A DNA stretch of 20,000 bases from an uncultured virus (IMG/VR IMGVR_UViG_3300030202_003905) (taxonomy: Duplodnaviria > Heunggongvirae > Uroviricota > Caudoviricetes), in IMG/VR virus record IMGVR_UViG_3300030202_003905. The stretch is one strand, 5' to 3'. Positions within the stretch are counted from its first letter, which is position 1, and each line of letters begins with the position of its first letter. The notes beneath the pieces were generated by a model. That model was not told where the DNA came from, ran no database searches, and saw only the letters and a program-made list of their open reading frames with translations. The position numbers were made by a program, and so were the translations under genes. Below, piece after piece: positions 16,731 through 20,000 of this stretch.

Positions 16731-16922
16731 CTATCCGTTCAATTCACTAACAACCTCTACATTATCTGCATCAATTGTAAAACCATCACCTAATTCAATA
16801 ACGTCTATCCTACCATCATCGAACCCACACACAATACCATCTTCAATATCCTCACCTTTCATCTTGACGATACTACCAATTCTAATCTCTTTACCCTCTT
16901 TATCTTTTATCATATCTTCCAT
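16731..16922 (-). CDS. Small acidic SH3/KOW-like protein
   Basis: DKEGKEIRIGSIVK..GIV pattern; leaderless start in cassette copy. Confidence 0.75.
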   Translation of the reverse strand: MEDMIKDKEGKEIRIGSIVKMKGEDIEDGIVCGFDDGRIDVIELGDGFTIDADNVEVVSELNG

Positions 16923-16928
16923 GCTATA

Positions 16929-16957
16929 ATTATATTGTAGTTCCCAATCTCAATCCA
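16929..16957 (-). promoter_or_regulatory. GGGAAC promoter cassette copy (leaderless)
   Basis: TGGATT-GAGATTGGGAACTACAA-TATAAT-TATAGC-ATG(16922). Confidence 0.85.
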
Positions 16958-17357
16958 CTAGCTTCTCAAATGATTCTTCTACTAATTCAACCCATTCTTC
17001 CCATAAGGAACCATCATACTTACCATTACTAAAATCTACCTCTTTCTTAACACTATCTAAATTCAACTCATCTACTTTACTATACCACTTATTACCCTCT
17101 TCAATAACCAATAACATATCTTCTTCACCATAACTAATAAACCCTACCCCTTCACATACACCACAAACCTCATACATCTCTTCACCATCATCACTAAACT
17201 CTTCCCAATCATCTGCCCTCATCTTATCAACAACATATTTCTCAAATACATCATCAACAATATTCTTAATCTCCCCTCCAAACCTATCTTCTTTTATCCA
17301 ACTAATACTATTTTCACCATAACCAGTATAAACATCGACAATTTTTATATTTCTCAT
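16950..17357 (-). CDS. Acidic hypothetical protein, 135 aa (start revised to ATG 17357)
   Basis: The longer ORF-track start runs through a promoter and the upstream gene; MRNIKIVDVYTGYGE... Confidence 0.8.
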   Translation of the reverse strand: MRNIKIVDVYTGYGENSISWIKEDRFGGEIKNIVDDVFEKYVVDKMRADDWEEFSDDGEEMYEVCGVCEGVGFISYGEEDMLLVIEEGNKWYSKVDELNLDSVKKEVDFSNGKYDGSLWEEWVELVEESFEKLVD

Positions 17358-17394
17358 TTCAGTTTTTCTTATTTGCAACATTTGCAATACAATA

Positions 17395-17423
17395 ATTATA
17401 AGCTGGTTCCCAATCCTATTCAA
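17395..17423 (-). promoter_or_regulatory. GGGAAC promoter cassette copy (leadered)
   Basis: TTGAAT-AGGATTGGGAACCAGCT-TATAAT. Confidence 0.85.
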
Positions 17424-17610
17424 TGTCATTCTCATCAACTGTAATACCCTCTTCACCTAGCTCCATCATCGAATAGCTCACATTACCATCATCATCGACA
17501 TCGACACCTACCACTATGAAATCAGACCCCTCATGCAGATCTTCTGCTGGTATGATATCCCCTTTATCGAATCGAGTCTCAAAGCGTATTGCACCACGAG
17601 TAAACGTCAT
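17416..17610 (-). CDS. Small acidic hypothetical protein
   Basis: ORF track; GGAGG upstream and ATGA overlap with 17607-17708. Confidence 0.75.
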   Translation of the reverse strand: MTFTRGAIRFETRFDKGDIIPAEDLHEGSDFIVVGVDVDDDGNVSYSMMELGEEGITVDENDIE

Positions 17611-17708
17611 TTAGCCTCCTCTTCTTTATTGGTTGCTTCCAGCTCAGAGAGGTCTGTATCAAACATCTCTTCCAACTCAATCTCAGCTAATCTTAGCATA
17701 TCTTCCAT
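17607..17708 (-). CDS. 33-aa very acidic peptide (not in ORF track)
   Basis: MEDMLRLAEIELEEMFDTDLSELEATNKEEEAK; leaderless start in cassette copy. Confidence 0.7.
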   Translation of the reverse strand: MEDMLRLAEIELEEMFDTDLSELEATNKEEEAK

Positions 17709-17714
17709 GCTATA

Positions 17715-17743
17715 ATTATATGGTGGTTCCCTATTTGGGTCAA
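17715..17743 (-). promoter_or_regulatory. GGGAAC promoter cassette copy (leaderless)
   Basis: TTGACC-CAAATAGGGAACCACCA-TATAAT-TATAGC-ATG(17708). Confidence 0.88.
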
Positions 17744-17769
17744 GCTTGCCCTTGGGTGGGAATTCCACG

Positions 17770-17798
17770 TTGACTCGAATTGGGAACTAGCTTATAAT
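17770..17798 (+). promoter_or_regulatory. GGGAAC promoter cassette copy, inverted, no ORF downstream
   Basis: TTGACT-CGAATTGGGAACTAGCT-TATAAT. Confidence 0.85.
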
Positions 17799-17804
17799 TG
17801 TAGA

Positions 17805-17863
17805 ATACTGCGAGTATCACCACTCCATCTAGGCCACGGGCCTGGCGAAAACTCTCTTTTTTT
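17805..17863 (+). ncRNA. Candidate small RNA
   Basis: Starts at the expected +1 of the inverted cassette; hairpins ATACT/AGTAT and TAGGCC/GGCCTG; ends in T7; no ATG. Confidence 0.35.
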
Positions 17864-17895
17864 AGCGGTTGGGGGTAAAGTAAAGAACATACTAC

Positions 17896-17924
17896 TTGAT
17901 ATGCTCTTGGATTGTTCATATAAT
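17896..17924 (+). promoter_or_regulatory. Sigma70-type promoter without GGGAAC box
   Basis: TTGATA-N17-TATAAT. Confidence 0.6.
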
Positions 17925-18137
17925 AAACACTAGTTATGTCAGTAAACCTTAATGAAAACCAGAACCCGCCTAAAGGGGGGGCTTTTCCGGGTGTGAGTCC
18001 TGATCTGGATCTTCGGAATCTTTTTTCTTTCTCTGGAGTGCTTAAACTTAATACAACTCTATTCTTTGTGCTGGTTAGTGCTCCATGTAAACCCCAGCAT
18101 TAAAATGTATTTTAAGTATTACTTTTCTCTCTAACCG

Positions 18138-18278
18138 CTAACATACATTCGGAAACCGTTTTTTGAGCATTCTATTTCTTTTTAGTGAATATTTGTTACT
18201 TTTTCTATCTGAATCAGTTGTTTTCCAATTGATAAAACTAGCTATCACAAACCATATCCATCTTTCTAACGCTTTCAT
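18138..18278 (-). CDS. 46-aa basic peptide (not in ORF track)
   Basis: MKALERWIWFVIASFINWKTTDSDRKSNKYSLKRNRMLKKRFPNVC; TATAAT upstream. Confidence 0.45.
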   Translation of the reverse strand: MKALERWIWFVIASFINWKTTDSDRKSNKYSLKRNRMLKKRFPNVC

Positions 18279-18325
18279 CTCTGCTATACCTTTATTATAT
18301 TACCACAAAAACTATTACCATAAAC

Positions 18326-18562
18326 CTATTCTTCATCTATCTCTCTTGGCTTCTGGTCTGGGCATGCTCCATCATTATCATAATTGTCTAGTTCTTCTCC
18401 ATAGACATCTCCTCCTAATACCTCTATGATAAATCGCATTTCTTCTAACTTTAAGAACACTGGAGAGCCAACAGCTTTTATATCATGCAAGTTATCCATT
18501 AACCTTGCTTTCAGAATTGCCTCTTGTAGCTTATCAATTAACTTAAACTTTAAGGTCTTCAT
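18326..18562 (-). CDS. Hypothetical protein
   Basis: ORF track; TATAAT-N5-ATG. Confidence 0.75.
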   Translation of the reverse strand: MKTLKFKLIDKLQEAILKARLMDNLHDIKAVGSPVFLKLEEMRFIIEVLGGDVYGEELDNYDNDGACPDQKPREIDEE

Positions 18563-18584
18563 CTGATATTATATAATCCCTCTC

Positions 18585-18824
18585 TCATGCAACTCTACTC
18601 TTTTCTAGAATCTTTACAACTCTCTCTGTGCTCTTTACTAGGTCTTTCAAAGCATCATTATGCTCTTCCAAAGCTTCTATATACTCTTCCAGACTTAATG
18701 TATAATCGTTATCATACTTCTTATCCTTTTTTAGAGCTTTATACTTCTTCTCGATATCCAAGTAATATTGAACCGACTTATCTTTCTTTTTAGCTTTTAT
18801 CTTTTTTGCATTCATAACAATCAC
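18585..18824 (-). CDS. Hypothetical coiled-coil protein
   Basis: ORF track; same strand and tight packing as neighbours. Confidence 0.7.
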   Translation of the reverse strand: MIVMNAKKIKAKKKDKSVQYYLDIEKKYKALKKDKKYDNDYTLSLEEYIEALEEHNDALKDLVKSTERVVKILEKSRVA

Positions 18825-18826
18825 AC

Positions 18827-18985
18827 TTACTCAACCGGCCTATCATCTTGCTTATCTCTATTTGGATCCACAATGATTTCGACTTTCGTCCCATTCTCTT
18901 TAGCACATTTCTCAGCCAATTCCTTATCATAAAATATACTAATTCCTTTTCCTATCTTTTTATTTTTTACTCTATAATTGCTCAT
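18827..18985 (-). CDS. 52-aa hypothetical protein (not in ORF track)
   Basis: MSNYRVKNKKIGKGISIFYDKELAEKCAKENGTKVEIIVDPNRDKQDDRPVE; tiles the gap. Confidence 0.65.
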   Translation of the reverse strand: MSNYRVKNKKIGKGISIFYDKELAEKCAKENGTKVEIIVDPNRDKQDDRPVE

Positions 18986-19112
18986 CTAAAATCTTTAATC
19001 TCTTTGGCAGAGGCATTCTTTTCCAATTTTCCCATGTTGGTCTATTCTTCAGAGGAACTCTCTTCCATTCGACCATCATCTTCTTTCGAGCTTCTATATT
19101 CTTATTCGTCAA
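18972..19112 (-). CDS. 46-aa basic peptide with WKRxPL repeat (TTG start, not in ORF track)
   Basis: MTNKNIEARKKMMVEWKRVPLKNRPTWENWKRMPLPKRLKILDEQL. Confidence 0.55.
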   Translation of the reverse strand: MTNKNIEARKKMMVEWKRVPLKNRPTWENWKRMPLPKRLKILDEQL

Positions 19113-19281
19113 AACTAACCTTTACTTTATTACCAACTCTATCTTGATATGATTCATACAAAAATGCTATTTCATCCTTACTACCATGCTCTATTAGATT
19201 TAACATATATGCTTCTGCATGTTCATACAATACGCTCACTTTTTGATCTTCAGTTATCATCTTCAAATACTCAATGTCCAT
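19102..19281 (-). CDS. Hypothetical protein (start revised to ATG 19281)
   Basis: MDIEYLKMITEDQK...; short overlap with upstream stop. Confidence 0.7.
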   Translation of the reverse strand: MDIEYLKMITEDQKVSVLYEHAEAYMLNLIEHGSKDEIAFLYESYQDRVGNKVKVSFDE

Positions 19282-19495
19282 AATCTTTATGCGCTCCAGC
19301 CTCTTCGTTATCATCATAACCTGCATGATACTCTGCTATTTCTTTTGGAGTCATATCTGTCTGCTTAAATCTATTTCCGCCATTCTTATGATCTATCCAA
19401 TGAGGATTACGGCTGCGATAATACCAGCTATCAGCTGCACCCCTATCATATGGGCTTCCGTGCTCTCTTCCTTCTGGCTTCTTCATAACTTCCAT
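19271..19495 (-). CDS. Conserved phage hypothetical protein (HGxPYDRGxAD..Y motif)
   Basis: HGSPYDRGAADSWY.R...PH...MT..EI.EY.AGY..NE, a pattern I recognise from phage early regions; leaderless cassette start. Confidence 0.85.
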   Translation of the reverse strand: MEVMKKPEGREHGSPYDRGAADSWYYRSRNPHWIDHKNGGNRFKQTDMTPKEIAEYHAGYDDNEEAGAHKDYGH

Positions 19496-19501
19496 GCTAT
19501 A

Positions 19502-19530
19502 ATTATAAGGTCGTTCCCAATCTCAATCAA
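19502..19530 (-). promoter_or_regulatory. GGGAAC promoter cassette copy (leaderless)
   Basis: TTGATT-GAGATTGGGAACGACCT-TATAAT-TATAGC-ATG(19495). Confidence 0.88.
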
Positions 19531-19720
19531 GAGCATAATCACTCAGATCTTCAGTAATCTTGATATCATGCATTCTTGTAATCCATTCAATAGCTCTGAG
19601 AGATTCATCTCCTCCCATAAATCTAAAGAGCTCTTCAGCCAGCTTCTCTTGAAAGAACTCATGGCTGGTTGTCTCTTTGAGCTCTTCTAATATCGCAAAC
19701 ACTTTATTCATTTCAGTCAT
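19523..19720 (-). CDS. Small acidic hypothetical protein
   Basis: ORF track; overlaps upstream stop. Confidence 0.75.
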   Translation of the reverse strand: MTEMNKVFAILEELKETTSHEFFQEKLAEELFRFMGGDESLRAIEWITRMHDIKITEDLSDYALD

Positions 19721-19877
19721 TATTATTGATCTTGTCGAAGTTTCTTACTATAATATTACAAATGTCAGTGATATGCTCATCTTTGATCTGTGGAAAGTCA
19801 TCAAAATATGTTATGATATCCTCTTGGATTTGGTCTCTTGCTTCGATTACCTCTCTTGCATCTTTCATATTCATCAT
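19713..19877 (-). CDS. Small acidic hypothetical protein (start revised to ATG 19877)
   Basis: MMNMKDAREVIEARDQIQEDII...; leaderless cassette start. Confidence 0.75.
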   Translation of the reverse strand: MMNMKDAREVIEARDQIQEDIITYFDDFPQIKDEHITDICNIIVRNFDKINNND

Positions 19878-19883
19878 GCTAAA

Positions 19884-19912
19884 ATTATATGGTAGTTCCC
19901 AATACGAGTCAA
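19884..19912 (-). promoter_or_regulatory. GGGAAC promoter cassette copy (leaderless)
   Basis: TTGACT-CGTATTGGGAACTACCA-TATAAT-TTTAGC-ATG(19877). Confidence 0.88.
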
Positions 19913-20000
19913 TCAATTACTCCGAATTCATACAATCCTCTATCCGTCTTTGGAAGATCCAGATTACAAGCATCAAATCCACAAACCTCTCCATTCTTGA
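19909..20000 (-). CDS. 3' end of a hypothetical gene entering from the right edge
   Basis: ...KNGEVCGFDACNLDLPKTDRGLYEFGVID*; the TGA lies inside the next -35. Confidence 0.6.
   Translation of the reverse strand, partial: KNGEVCGFDACNLDLPKTDRGLYEFGVID

Noticed and set aside
16280..19895. Plus-strand ORFs at 16280, 17533, 18163, 18587, 18848, 19274, 19677
   Set aside because: Leu/Ser/Phe-rich antisense shadows of purine-rich minus-strand genes that tile the region and have promoters.
16911..19912. GGGAAC repeats as CRISPR repeats or integron attC sites
   Set aside because: Spacing is irregular (tens of bp to 1.7 kb) and contains genes, there is no attC-like dyad and no cas or integrase in the window, and they fit -35/-10 geometry exactly.
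1..20000. Stop-codon reassignment (alternative genetic code)
   Set aside because: Recognisable enzymes are full length in code 11, and TAA, TAG and TGA all occur at sensible gene ends.

Overview
AT-rich segment of a large dsDNA bacteriophage genome (T4-like/jumbo myovirus style, standard genetic code), judged from gene content and promoter motifs only. 1-12.9 kb is mostly late/virion-type genes, nearly all preceded by TAAATA 5-9 nt before the start codon. These include two tandem mucin-like Thr/Gln/Pro/Arg proteins, an Mtd-N-like fibre protein, a lysozyme-LysM, lipoproteins, a MOA-type Cys-protease-like protein and a GH7-like glycoside hydrolase. They are interspersed with nucleotide/DNA-metabolism genes (PRTase, TGT/DpdA-like protein, pyrimidine-dimer glycosylase-like protein). 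12.9-16 kb holds an FkbM methyltransferase, an LRR protein, a non-canonical tRNA-Cys and a GT11 glycosyltransferase. 16-20 kb is an array of small, mostly acidic early-type ORFs punctuated by six complete and one broken copy of a promoter cassette TTGAnn-N4-(T/A)TTGGGAAC-like box-N5-TATAAT, four of which fire leaderless mRNAs. Highlights are this cassette array, the GH7-like enzyme (a family known essentially from eukaryotes), the tRNA-Cys with a tmRNA-type GGCGGUA T-loop, and a pair of distant paralogous proteins 13 kb apart. All family assignments are by-eye motif recognition; no searches were run.
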